A DNA stretch of 63,749 nucleotides, the filler included, from Octopus bimaculoides (Eukaryota), in NCBI RefSeq assembly GCF_001194135.2. It is 3 parts of 3 records of this genome, joined end to end, with 100 filler letters (N's around TTAATTAATTAA, not from the genome) between each part and the next. Parts side by side here need not be neighbours in the genome. Positions count along the whole stretch, not along the records: positions 41,933 to 63,749 come from NC_068984.1; 2 more parts are not named here. One strand, 5' to 3'. Position 1 is the stretch's first letter; each line of letters opens with the position of its first letter. Both the position numbers and the translations under genes were made by a program. Positions 51,544 through 63,749 of this stretch are shown here, piece after piece. Below the pieces are notes generated by a model. The model saw only the letters and a list, made by a program, of their open reading frames with translations. It did no database searches and was not told the origin of the DNA.

Positions 51544-52594
51544 TAAGATATTTTTGAACAAAAACAGAATGTTGCATTAATAATTGAAATATCTCGATCT
51601 AAAACATTGGGAATCACAGGTGCGTTGTACACGCACACACGTGGGCGTAAAACACGGGTAGAACATAAACAAGGGGCAGCTTTAAAACAAGACAAACAAA
51701 CAACGGAAATACAAAGTATATAACAGTAATTGATCGCTAGAAAGAAGGAAGTGGTATTCAATTAATGTTAGTGCATTCAGTAAGTGTGTTAAAAGTGTTT
51801 TACCCTTTGGACAGTGGACTTTCTTCGAGTTAAAGTCTATAATAATAAAAGCGAAATTCTGTCTGTCCGTCTGGGATCCATGTATCTCAGTCTACATTTG
51901 GTCTACATATTATGTTATACCTTTTTGGAACCGGGGTGATCAAAATCTACCCTTCATTTGGTTCTTAAACATCCAGCATTTGGGTTGCTATTTCTAGCAG
52001 GTAAAGCTAGTCTGATTCCCACCATCTTGATTGGCGTTTGTCAAATGCCGTCAGAGATCAAGGTGTATATAAATGACATTCGTTCCGTTAATTTTATGTC
52101 GAGATAAGAACTTTGGGACAAATTGGCCAACTGTTGGAATTCAACTTGGGACTGGAACAATAGAATGATTACTTTACAGAATTAATTCTCAACCGTTCTT
52201 AACCACTAATCCAAACACCACCGGGGCATATAGTCATTATAGACGTATTATAGTCATGCCATTTAGCTCTCTTTACATTTGGGCCACAGGCCCAATTAGC
52301 CTTCTGCAGGAGCTAGCTTAAAAACTGCACTCCGTGTAGTTTTTAAGCTAGTTGTGAATATATGGAAAACAGAAGAGGCGGGAGCAGGGCTTCATAGAGC
52401 AGCATCTTGTGTGATATTAATATATCATGGTGGAGGAAAGAGAGTGGATAGTTGTCCCTGCTCCATTTACTCTGTATATATATATATATATATATATACA
52501 TACATATATATAGTAGTTCTTTGACTGCTATTTCTAAATTTTCAGTATGTTGGTGAAGCATTTCATGCTAAGCCCTATATATTTATGATTATAC

Positions 52595-52631
<37 letters not shown>

Positions 52632-52634
52632 AGT

Positions 52635-53281
52635 ACAGGTAACTTCTATACGCTAGAAGGCAGTCAAAAACGACTGAAAACCACAAAGTAACCGTTACAA
52701 ATAAGGTAAAAGTTTTTATTTTCTCTCCCCTTTGAAATGTTTTACTTTGTGGTTTTCGGTCGGTTTTGACTGCCTTCTAGCGTGTAGAAGTTATCTGTTA
52801 TGGGTAATTTCTTTTATACTTTATATTGAATATGTTGTCTATTGACTTTTTTTACATGCTAGGCCACTGGTAGTATAACTCTGTATAGTTTTCCTACCTT
52901 TTATATATATATATACTTAAGTATTTAATATTAGCATTTCAAAGTTCGTTTCGGCATTTTTTCATTTTCTGTCGACAGAAACTGCGTTTGCGCAGTGAAT
53001 TATGGGAAAATTAGAATGTATATTTGAGAAGACATGTGCTTATGGCCTCCTGTCTTGTAAATATACGTTAATTCCTTGACGGCTGGTTACTGAAGACGAT
53101 TTTCCTAGTAAATTACTTTATTTACTAAAAAAATCAAAAAACTATAGGTCTAACCGTTAGACATAAGGTAAAAGTTTTTATTTTCTCTCCCCTTTGAAAT
53201 GTTTTACTTTGGTTTTCGCTCGTTTTTGACTGCTTTCTAGCGTGTAGAAGTTACCTGTTATGGATAATTTCTCTTATACTT

Positions 53282-53286
<5 letters not shown>
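52635..53286 (+). mobile_element. Mini Penelope-like element: inverted partial repeat, direct repeats and hammerhead remnant
   Basis: 57-bp inverted arms 52635-52691 and 52742-52798; direct repeats 52689-52826 and 53151-53286; (TA)n on both flanks. Confidence 0.75.
53085..53155 (+). ncRNA. Type I hammerhead-like motif with GAAA decayed to an A run
   Basis: GGTTA-CTGAAGA-C-GATTTT..TAGTAAAT-TACTTT-ATTTACTA..AAAATC-AAAAAAC-TATAG-GTC-TAACC. Perfect 5-bp stem I and a 6+8-bp stem II; G12 lost. Confidence 0.7.
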
Positions 53287-53312
<26 letters not shown>

Positions 53313-54644
53313 GTATATTACTGTGTCGGCCAGACTATCGGATGTGGTTATATTCCAATGGTTACAATGCGCTTACTCGCATTGGTTTGCCTTTCGAATG
53401 ATGCCACCCGCTTGTCAGGCGGGCAGGACAGCATTCTTCCTAAAACGGAACGGCAGTCCATCAAAGGGTTACTCATTTATAACTGAATGGGTAAGGGCAA
53501 TGTGAAATAAAGTGAATCGAAACCACATTCTTGCGATCGTGAGTGCACCACCTTAACCATTCGATCATACACACACACACACAAGTACACACACATACAC
53601 AAGTACACACATACACATACATGCTTACACACTTATATATATTAATATATATTAATAAATATAAGCATTTACAGGGCGGCGTAAAAGTCACTTTTCGAAA
53701 CCTTATTTTCAAAACATTAGAACAATCTTTGTTCTTAGGTCGGTCGTTAACTTCTCCCTGATTAATAGCAAACCATTATTTTAATTATCTAAGCTGTATA
53801 TTAATTCTTTGAGGAATGTTTTCGTGTTTGGCATATTCCTCCCCCTTTACATAGCCAGCCTTCCGATATAGAATTCATAGATTAAGTGGTAAAAAATTTC
53901 ATAACACACTCTATGAAATTCTTTTACGTAGACCTCTTTTAACTTAGCGTACGTTCTTTTTTCTTTGTATACACTTAAAAAAGCTAATAATCATTAGACT
54001 TAAGAAATACGTTAATTGAAGGCTGCAAGTATATTTTGTAACTACGACAATTGCTCCATGAACCGAGTAAAAGGATTGAGTACGGAAATGCATCGAATTT
54101 AAAATATTAGAACCTTTTAATTGCTATTTGTACATTAATTAAATCACATCTATAATTAAAGATCTTACTTAACTTATAAGAAAAGAAAAATATTAGGTTA
54201 TTTTTATTTTCCTTTCTATTAAATCTTGTATNNNNNNNNNNNNNNNNNNNNNNNNNNNNNNNNNNNNNNNNNNNNNNNNNNNNNNNNNNNNNNNNNNNNN
54301 NNNNNNNNNNNNNNNNNNNNNNNNNNNNNNNNNNNNNNNNNNNNNNNNNNNNNNNNNNNNNNNNNNNNNNNNNNNNNNNNNNNNNNNNNNNNNNNNNNNN
54401 NNNNNNNNNNNNNNNNNNNNNNNNNNNNNNNNNNNNNNNNNNNNNNNNNNNNNNNNNNNNNNNNNNNNNNNNNNNNNNNNNNNNNNNNNNNNNNNNNNNN
54501 NNNNNNNNNNNNNNNNNNNNNNNNNNNNNNNNNNNNNNNNNNNNNNNNAGAGAGAGAGAGAGAGAGATTCCAAGAGAATATTAAAACATGACACCCTCTT
54601 CTCCACTATTTTCTTGATATCACTCTCCATGCTTTCTCTCTCTG

Positions 54645-54675
<31 letters not shown>

Positions 54676-55451
54676 GCATACTGACAAACGGACAGAGACA
54701 GACAGCAAAAGAGAGAGAGATTCGCTACAGGCTTCATTAACACACCAACAACCCGCCAGAACTGGCTAGATTCCATAACACGTTTGAAAGTGAAGTAAGA
54801 CAAGCAGGAATATATGCGTTGGCAGGACACTGCAGATAAGTAGATATGTAAGTACCAAATCGAATTGAAACTGTAGTCCGACTCAGGGTTGGTGCCAGGT
54901 GCGGCGTAGGTATGAAAAAGACAGTGCAAAAGGGTTTTAAAATTTACGGCAGCCCTCTCGGTAAAGCTTTATTGATGTATTCATAGACTACTTCATAGCA
55001 CAAATCCACTATCTTCGGAGGAAATTTTAAACACGTATAAACAGGCGACGTAAAACTTTTGGTGATGACATATCCAATAAACAACATATTGGATCAGTGA
55101 CATATCGAAAATGTTACTTGTGATTATACCATTCCAGACAAACTCTCCCTCTACTGGAGTAGAGAACTTTTCACATATGCTGGGTGAGCTGAAAGTGTTT
55201 CGAATGTTAAATGATTTAAAAAAACTTGATAACTAAGGAAGAACAGACCATAAACTTGGAATAAAGAGTATATAACATATATCACAGGCGTGGTTGAGTG
55301 GTAAGAAGCTCGCATTCCCAACCACATGGTTCCGGGTTCAGGCCCACTGCGTGGTATCTTGGCAAGTATCTTCTATTATAATCTTGGGCCCTCTAAAGCG
55401 TTGTGAGTGGATTTGATAGAAACTGAAAGTCATACACACGCACACACACAC

Positions 55452-55485
<34 letters not shown>

Positions 55486-55749
55486 GTGTGTGAGTGTGTC
55501 TTTAAGACTGAGTTTGTCCCCCCTCACTGCTTGACAGCTGGTGTTGGTTTGTTTACATTCCGTTACTTAATGGTTCGGCAAAAGAAAACGACAACATAAG
55601 TACCAGGCTTACAAAAAAAGAAAAAAAAAGAAGTGCTGGGGATGATTTGTTCGACTAAACCCTACATTGTGATGCCCTACCATGGCCCCGATCCAATGAC
55701 TGAAATAAGTAAAATGTGAAGATCTGTATATCATATTAGATCTTTTCTA

Positions 55750-55955
55750 CTGAAGGCACAAGGCCCGACATTTTTGGTGGAGGGGGCCAGTCGATTAGAT
55801 CAGCCCCAGTACGAAACTGGTAATTAATTTATGGACCCCGAAATGATGAAAAGCAAAGTCGACCTCGGCGGAATTTGAACGCAGACCGTAAAGACAGACG
55901 GAATACCGGTAAGCATTTCGCCCGGCGTGCTAACGATTCTGCAAGCTGGCCACCT
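55750..55955 (-). mobile_element. SINE family A
   Basis: Reverse complement of the family A consensus. Confidence 0.85.
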
Positions 55956-56090
55956 TGCATATCACACTGAATAGCTACACGGTATTAGAAGGCATGTACC
56001 TCTAGACCTGTCTGAGCCGGAATCTATCATAGACCGGTTTAGTTAAAAATGCTATATATATATATATATGTATGTATGTATGTATGTATA

Positions 56091-56461
56091 TATATAAGAT
56101 TGACCAGTGACCGGTCTGTCAATATGCTAGAAAAAGCTCACTAAAAAAATTCTCAAATACGGATTCAGCGGGACAAAAACAGGCGGGCTAGACCAGTGAA
56201 AATTGTACATACCTCGATTAACTGCAGACTATAGTTTCAAAATCAATGCTTCCAAAATAAAAGTATCTATTTTGAAGATAAATAGATACTTTTATTTTGG
56301 AAGTATTGATTTTGAAACTATAGTCTGCAGTTAATCGAGGTATGTACAATTTTCACTGGTCTAGCCCGCCTGTTTTTGCTCCGCTGAATCCGTATTTGAG
56401 AATTTCTTAAGTGAGCTTCTTCTAGCATATTGACAGACCGGTCACTGGTCAATCTTATATA
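56091..56461. mobile_element. Near-perfect fold-back element, 182-bp arms and 7-nt loop
   Basis: 56091-56272 versus 56280-56461: 6 mismatches counted by hand (~97%). Loop TGAAGAT. TA-rich ends. Confidence 0.92.
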
Positions 56462-56587
56462 CACAAGTACTATAATCTTTTTAGGATCTCCCAAAAAATT
56501 TTTTCATGAACCTTCTGATTCTTTTAATGTGCTAGTTTCCGGGTATTAAATTGATATTAATTAATATCGAATTTTTACCATATTATG

Positions 56588-56642
<55 letters not shown>

Positions 56643-56647
<5 letters not shown>

Positions 56648-56787
56648 CCTTGTTCCTTTCTGTGGAAGAGCGTAGGCTCGAAACGTTAAAGACTTTTTCA
56701 CTTCCAGTGCGTTATACTAATACACCTGTTTGTTGTCTACACCACCTGTCTTCGTCTGTTGCTTTGTTTTTTGTGAATTCTCCCCAT
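56643..56787 (+). mobile_element. ~145-bp (TA)n-embedded mini-element with a minimal hammerhead-like motif at 56656-56691
   Basis: CTTT-CTGTGGA-A-GAGC-GTAG-GCTC-GAAAC-GTT-AAAG. Perfect 4-bp stems I and II, A6U core change, ACGT palindrome at stem III. Confidence 0.7.
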
Positions 56788-57089
56788 ATATATATATATA
56801 TATATCAGAGCAAGATGAATATCGTTGGTGCAGTGACTGACGAGAACGACTGACGTGTTTCGCCTTTATTGACGCTTGTCAATGCCTTGTACTACAGTGA
56901 TCAGCTTAAAGGAAATTCGTGTCTCAACATGGAGGAAACAGTGAATAAAGCATTGCGGAAATTTGTTGATCTGTGGAATAATTCAGTATATGCAATTGAT
57001 ACAGAATTAAATCACAACCTTCTTTTGTGTGTTCGTATTAATATATACAGACCGTTGAAAGCCAAGAGACTATAGAATTGTCTGATATA

Positions 57090-57215
57090 CAGGGTGTCTA
57101 CAAAGTCTGGGTACATGGGGATTAACACATACTTTAAGAAATTATTATTTCTTATAATTAATTGTTTATGTTATGATTGTATATACTACATGACCCAGAC
57201 TTTGTGGACACCCTG
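57090..57215. mobile_element. 126-bp Tc1/mariner-type MITE
   Basis: TA-CAGGGTGTCTACAAAGTCTGGGT ... ACCCAGACTTTGTGGACACCCTG-TA. 23-bp TIRs with one mismatch, TA TSD. Confidence 0.85.
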
Positions 57216-58184
57216 TATAATCTCTTCATAGAAATGTTGTGCTAAAACACAATTCCTACCTTCCTACATACATACATACATACATACATACACGCCCCCC
57301 CCCCGCACGCGAACACACACAGACATACACACACATCGGAACGAGACTAATATTGTCGCCGCAGTGACTCACAACAGATACGTTTCGCCTTTCTAGAAGC
57401 GTGTCAATGCCGGGCACTCGATTGTCGCCATTTCCGTATATAATAGAGTAAACACGTAGACGTGGATGGAAGACGGTGTACGAGAAACGAAGAGCAAATA
57501 TGAAATATCATTTTAGTTATAATCCCTGCGAGTGCCCAAGAGTCCAACAGATCGTCAACGTTATTATTTTATGTCTATGGGTATTTTACTAATAAGAAGA
57601 ATGAAACTCAAATGTATTAGATAAAATATAAAATAAGAATTGTCACAAACTTTCGAGAGAAAATGAATTCTATTTTCGAGCAGTGGATTTCGAAGCACAT
57701 GAAGTTCTAAGTAATAGCATGTAAATATTGGGTGTAACTTTCAAAATTCTGCCAAAAAGGGATTTTTAACCCAATACGTATAGGTTGTTATTTATAGCTT
57801 TATGTACTTTGAGAGCTCTTGTTTCAAAAACGAAAAATATGGAGTGCTTAGCAAAAGGTATCTTGCAGGATTATTCACTTTGTCAGCTCCTGTTGAATAA
57901 AGGATAGTTATACGCTGAACAATACAAAAAGAGGTGGAGACGTCAGGTGAGTTAGTTTTGTAAATCGATGAGGAATGGACATCAAATAGTGTTGTGCTTA
58001 CCAACGCCACCTACGATCTCTAACAGCATTTTTTTTAGGAGTCTCTACTGCTGTTAGCGTTTTTACCGCGTCTCCGGCCAGAGTTTATTTTTATTTCTGT
58101 ATCGCCATCCCTCACTAGTCTGGAAATGATTACTGGTGCGTCCTCTCGTCTCCTAATTAATTTATTTGTGAAATCAATCTCAAA

Positions 58185-58865
58185 TTAGGCAGGAAGCCGG
58201 TCGAATCGTTAGCGTGTCAGGTGAAATGTTTAACAGCATTTCTTCCGGCTCTTTACGTTCTAAGTTCAAATTCTACCGAAGTAGACTTTGCCTTTCATCC
58301 TTTCGTGGTCGACAAAGTAAAGTACCAGTCAAGTACTAGGGTCGACGTAATCGGCTTTCTCCCTTCTAAATTTACTGACGCTGTACCATAATTAGAAAGA
58401 ATTATTGGTTTCAAATTTTGACACAAGGTCAGCAATTTCAGGGGTGGGATAAGTCAATCACATCGAGCCCAGTGCTCAACTAGTACTTATTTTATCGACC
58501 TCAAGGGGATGAAACGCAAAGTCGACCCCACGGAATTTGAACTCGAAACGTAAAGATGGACGAAAAGTCGCAATTCATTTTCCCTGGCGTGCTACCGATT
58601 CTGCCACCTTACCGCCTTAGAATTATTAATTATTATTAATGAATGTTTTAAGGTGGCGAGCTGGCAGAATCGCTAGCACGCCGGGCACAATTCTTTGCGG
58701 CATTTCGTCCGTCTTTACGTTCTGAGTTCAAATTCCGCCGCGATCGACTTTGCTTTTCATCCTTCGGCGTCGATAAAAGAAATACCAATTGATCGTTGTG
58801 GTCGATGCATTCGATTGTAACCCTCCCCTAAACTTGCTGGCCTGGTGCCAAAATTTGAAACCATT
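58185..58865. mobile_element. Cluster of three family A SINEs in +,-,+ orientation
   Basis: About 58185-58415 (+), 58415-58620 (-) and 58650-58865 (+). Confidence 0.85.
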
Positions 58866-59362
58866 GTTATTGAGTGTGTAACCACTAAATAAACAGTGAA
58901 ACTGCAAAGTCCAGAGAGCATAAAGCGCGTGGTTGTTTGGAATAATAAATAGACAGTTGCGGGTGTCTTTTAAAAGAGCATTGATAACTTACGCGAAAAC
59001 AAGTGGTTATATACTTCACAGTTATATGATTAGTATTAAATAAGTAGTTCCGGGATAAAAGGCAATCTAGCAATGACCATTCGACTTTTATTTCAAGCAG
59101 CATCCCTAACTGTAGAATGATTTGAAGGTGATTTAGTACCTACTTCTGGCATATCAATCGACCAAACGGAGGTTTCATCTCATACACATTACAGTAATCG
59201 TTTTAGTGTTGTTGTTATAGTTGGTTACCTCCCACGTTTGTTTTGATTTAACAACTTACAACCATAGTCATTTCAACTGTACCCATCCCGTTCTTCTTCT
59301 AGTTTTTTTTTTCTTTTATTATAACACTTCGGAACATTATCAAATGTACCCTCATTTGTTTC

Positions 59363-59480
59363 AAAATGGTAGTTTGTCGTCTGAGGCTAGTTAAAAATGG
59401 TAGTTTGTCGTCTGAGGCTAGTTAAAAATGGTAGTTTGTCGTCTGAGGCTAGTTAAAAACGGTAGTTTGCCGTCTGAAGC
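59363..59480. repeat. 31-bp minisatellite, ~3.8 copies
   Basis: AAAATGGTAGTTTGTCGTCTGAGGCTAGTTA x3 plus a diverged partial unit. Confidence 0.95.
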
Positions 59481-61491
59481 TGCTACCAGTAGCGAACCGA
59501 GAACCCGTGTAGATGCTTTCGTTGTTGGTTCACAGTCCCTATGTTGTTCACGCTGACAAACAAAACCACGTCAGCTGGTTGGTGTACCAACATTTTAACA
59601 CTGCTGCAATGTTGCTTGCAACGATGTAACATAGAAAGTGTAAGAAACTATATTCTAATTAGATTAATTATCTACTTCCTGCCTTCCTACTAACGAGCTT
59701 AGCATGTCAAAATTTTGAAATTTCAGCATTTGCAATTATGTAAATTAAAATAAATTAAACACATTCATTCATATTTGTTTAATTTGCCAATTTTGGTCTC
59801 CTAACCAATCGTTTCTGTAGCAAGCTGTGGTATTTTATGAAATCAGCGAAAACGTAATTTTCTGTTATTTTGGCGTAATGTAATAATAAATATAATATGT
59901 ATTACGGCTGGGATGAGGGTGAATGAAATACGAAGTTATATGTTGGCAAACAATTATATACTTGCTCACCCGACAAGTGGTAAAATGTTCAAAAATGCTA
60001 TTAGGTTTTCCCATGATGTCCGGAAGTCGTGAAAGCAACGCGTGAAGGATCAATAAAGCCGACTATATATTTAGAAGGATAAGCACTTGAAATAGCGAGT
60101 TCATACATGTATGATTAGTACAAAAGTATAATGATACAGAACATATCATCGGTGGAGGAACACATAAAACTTAGTGCATAATGTTAATATTTGTGACATG
60201 TTGAAAATATGTCGAAACAACGCAAATGAAAGTAAAAGCCATGGTTGGCAGCCATTTTTAACAGGTCAAGCAACTGCAAAGAGATTTCTTCGTTGATGAG
60301 TTGAAAGAAATGTTATGATCACCGAAGATGTGGTATGTGAAAGGACAGACAGACCTACAATGATAATGTTTCTTTGAAAATAAACTAAATTAACAAATAC
60401 CTAACCAATAACAATACTACTTCATTTCTTTCTTTCTTTCTTTACTCCTCCTTTGAGTCAGTTTCAGTCAATCCCTATGGTAATTTTTTCATAACTATAC
60501 TCGGATTCTTGTAAAATATACTGAAGCTTGCTTCGGAACGATAACTTATACATTTTTTTTCCTGTATTTCAAATCAATTAATGCTTGTCATTTTTGCATT
60601 GCCTCATTAAATATGTTTTCTTAAAATATACAGATTATCATCAGTAAAATAAAGTTAAAGCAATCCAAGTCTGGTTTAGCCTTATGTGCTAAATGCGTAA
60701 CCTCTTATAGATGGTCATTACTGAAATGCTTTTGAAGATAAATTTTCTCAATAAAGATTGAAAACAGCAACAAAAATATGTATCATAATTTACAAGAACT
60801 GCAACTATTACAGATATTTCTGCTATTCCACAGCTGCGGAATACGTGTTTATTACAGAACATGTTACCCTCGAATCTGAAAACCTGATTATATTATATCA
60901 TATCTACTATTCATTGGGATAATTCTTTAGTTGTTTATTTCATAATTTTCAATGATTTCTGATGAAAGGTTTTTATCTCCATAAATCGCCCGTTCAGTAA
61001 TATATATGCTATATATGTGACATAATGGTTTTTTAAAGACTAATAGAAGTTCATAACTTCTGTCGATGATAATCTTTACTGAATTCTCCATTAAGATAAT
61101 ATAGAGGTAACACATCAGCTTCTTATAATACATTTGCGTCAATAAGAATCGTCACTGTGAATTCCAATCACAATCTGACAATAATAATGTTTGTAAGCAT
61201 TAAGAATAGCTTAAAGGAACTTAAAAAAATAAATACGTTATAACCACCATACAGATTCCTGGTCACTGAAAACAAACCCAACTTAAAGAAATATTTACTT
61301 AGAGATAGCTGATATCACTAATTTCTGCAACAATCTCTTGACCGTGAATATCCTCAATATTGCCAAAGATACCTAAAAAACCTTCGATACTCCCAAAGAG
61401 TTTAAACGGACTCCATGATATATAATTCTTTTCTCCATAAAAATTTACAATTTTAAGTCTTAATTTTCTTTGCTTCTTTTTTCTTCAATCG

Positions 61492-62160
61492 CTACGAGGT
61501 GGCGAGCAGGCAGAATCGTTAGCACGGCGGACAAGATGTTTAGCAGCATTTCTTCCGGCGTCACGTTCCGAGTTCAAATTCCGCCAAGGTGGACCTTAAC
61601 TTTCATCCTTTTGAGATCGATAAAATAAATACCAGTTAAATACTGGTCGACGTAATCAATTAGCCTCCACCTCTAAAATTTCAGGCTTTGTGTCTATAAC
61701 AGAAACGGTTATTCAGTCGCTTGAAAGTACGGAGCTAATACTTCGGACAAAATGTTTAGCGATATTTCTTCCGCCTTTAAGGCGACGAGCTGGCAGAATC
61801 GTTAGCACGCCGAGAAAAATGCTTAGCGGCATTTCATCTTTCTTTATGTTCTGAGTTCAAATTTCGCTGAGGCCGTCTTTACCATTCATCCTTTCGGGGT
61901 CGATAAAATAATTAGCACTCATGTGCTGGGATTGAAGTAATCGACTTAGTACCTCCTTCAGAATTTCAAGCCTTGTGCTTATAGTAGAAAAGACATTTCT
62001 TCTGTCTTTACATTCTAAGATCAAATTCCACTGAAGTCGACTTCGCATTTTATCTTTTCGAGGTCGATAAAATAAACACCAGTCACGCATTGGGATCGAC
62101 TAGTGATCGGTTAGCCCCCGCTCCAAAATTCCTGGCTTATGCCTTTATTAGAAAGAATTA
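61492..62160 (+). mobile_element. Cluster of three or more family A SINEs, same orientation
   Basis: Heads at about 61492 and 61780, and a headless copy from about 61995. Confidence 0.85.
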
Positions 62161-63543
62161 TTCAACCGCTATAACATGGTGCTTTCTCGTTACAATTACC
62201 ATTAGAAGCTCATATTAACTACATTCTACTTATCGAATGTAGGCTTTCTTCACATCTTTTCATCTTTGAATTACTCTTGATAAATAACGTTTCTGCTTCT
62301 ATTTTTATCAAGGTGAATCACTAACAACCTCTAGACTCTCATGTAATGTTTGTGGAATGCCAGTAATCTTGATGGAGGAAGTTGTTAAACCACATTTTGG
62401 CTTGTTATTGTACTGCGAAATCGCGAGTTGTCGAGTAAAACCAGGAACTGAATGTATTCCAAACATGACACAACTCTGCCGCCATTATACTTCTCATTTA
62501 CAGATCTGCTTAAAGACAAGAAGTTAGATTTACACAATTTAACAATTTACAGAACAATCTCATTAATTCCATCTCAGTATATAACTTCTACATATGCGAG
62601 CCAACGAGTAAACTCTACGTGGTTGTTTGTCAGATAGATAAAACAACCAAATATCCCTCAAATAACATACTGCCGTTTTAAAAATCCAAGTACACATTAG
62701 ATAATATAGTCCACCTCCACTTACTCCTAAAAAGACACAACGGTCATGGCTGGAAGATATTTGCACTTATATAATTAGATTTGAACAGGTGCTTAAACAG
62801 CACCTATAACAAGGATATATTTTGTTAATTTAGCGTGAATGAAAGACAAAGTCGGCGTCTATAAGATTTGAAACCTCGACCGAGAAAGACAAATCTAAAC
62901 ACTGAAAATGTCTCATATCAGCTGTTAATTATCTCGTCCCTCGACAGCGCCCATACTACATAACCTGTGATCCATCTGCTTAAGGAACGTCATTCATATC
63001 CCCGTGTTTCCGACAACCCCTGACACATTAGATTATTCCCAGATTATTTTCGGATTAGCCAAACTCCAGATTAGCATCTACCCTTCTGATGTGAGACGGT
63101 CTCTTCAGAATACAAGCATACTCTTCCTCCTTAGAGATTTCCAAGTGATTTTCTCTCCCTCTTTTTCTGTCTACCCAGTTACATTATTTTCTCATTCCTT
63201 AACATTCTTCTTTCTATAAACGCAAAGACGTATAAATTACATAGAGTTCTCACTCACCCTCACTTCCCTCGATTTTTCATTCCGTGTTGAGTACACATCA
63301 AACTGCCATGAGACGATAAGGCGGTTACAGTACGATATCTTTTATCTTTTTATCATTTACTTGTTTAGGTCATTAGACAGCCGTCATGCTGCGGCACCGC
63401 CTTCAAACAATTTAGCCCAACGAATCTACCGCGATACATTTTTTTAAAAGTTTGATATTTATTCTATCGGTTTATTTGGCCGAACCGCTAATTTATGAGG
63501 ATGTAAACAAACCAAACATTGCCTCAAAGGCAAGCACACACAT

Positions 63544-63597
<54 letters not shown>

Positions 63598-63749
63598 ATG
63601 TGTGTGTGTGTGTATGTATGTATATATATATATGTATGTACAAACATATATATTTATACATAAGCATATCTATGTATGTATGTATATATATGTATATATA
63701 TATATATACATACACACACTTACACACATAAATATGTATAACTATATAT

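Noticed and set aside
59363-59480. CRISPR-like appearance of the 31-bp repeats
   Set aside because: The units are contiguous with no spacers and the context is eukaryotic.

Overview
AT-rich, microsatellite-dense animal genomic DNA with many N gaps. The SINE families and repeat landscape look like a coleoid cephalopod, probably Octopus; this is inferred from pattern recognition, not a search. The only host gene I can support is the 3' end of a minus-strand contactin-like Ig/FN3 adhesion gene. It has an FN3 exon at 17234-17408 and a terminal exon encoding a GPI-type signal at 15339-15457, joined in phase by a GT-AG intron. No upstream exon was found in the remaining 46 kb. The rest is mostly mobile DNA: a decayed full-length L1/Tx1-type LINE (854-5826) sitting head-to-tail on the 5' end of a related element, a complete hAT/Buster transposon with TIRs and an 8-bp TSD (8193-11167), CRE-, R4/Dong-, RTE- and CR1-like LINE fragments, Penelope-like fragments, mariner/Tc1/pogo remnants and MITEs, a Helitron helicase fragment and many SINEs. 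Three things stand out. (1) The Tx1 tandem has a 25-nt terminal duplication behind a TATA(-31)/Inr-like promoter, suggesting self-targeted insertion. (2) A dispersed set of hammerhead-ribozyme-like mini-elements, several embedded in microsatellites and arranged as long fold-backs; one has its repeat boundary exactly at the predicted ribozyme cleavage site. (3) Several long inverted repeats could form dsRNA in the presumed pre-mRNA. No tools were used, so TE boundaries are approximate unless TIR/TSD coordinates are stated.
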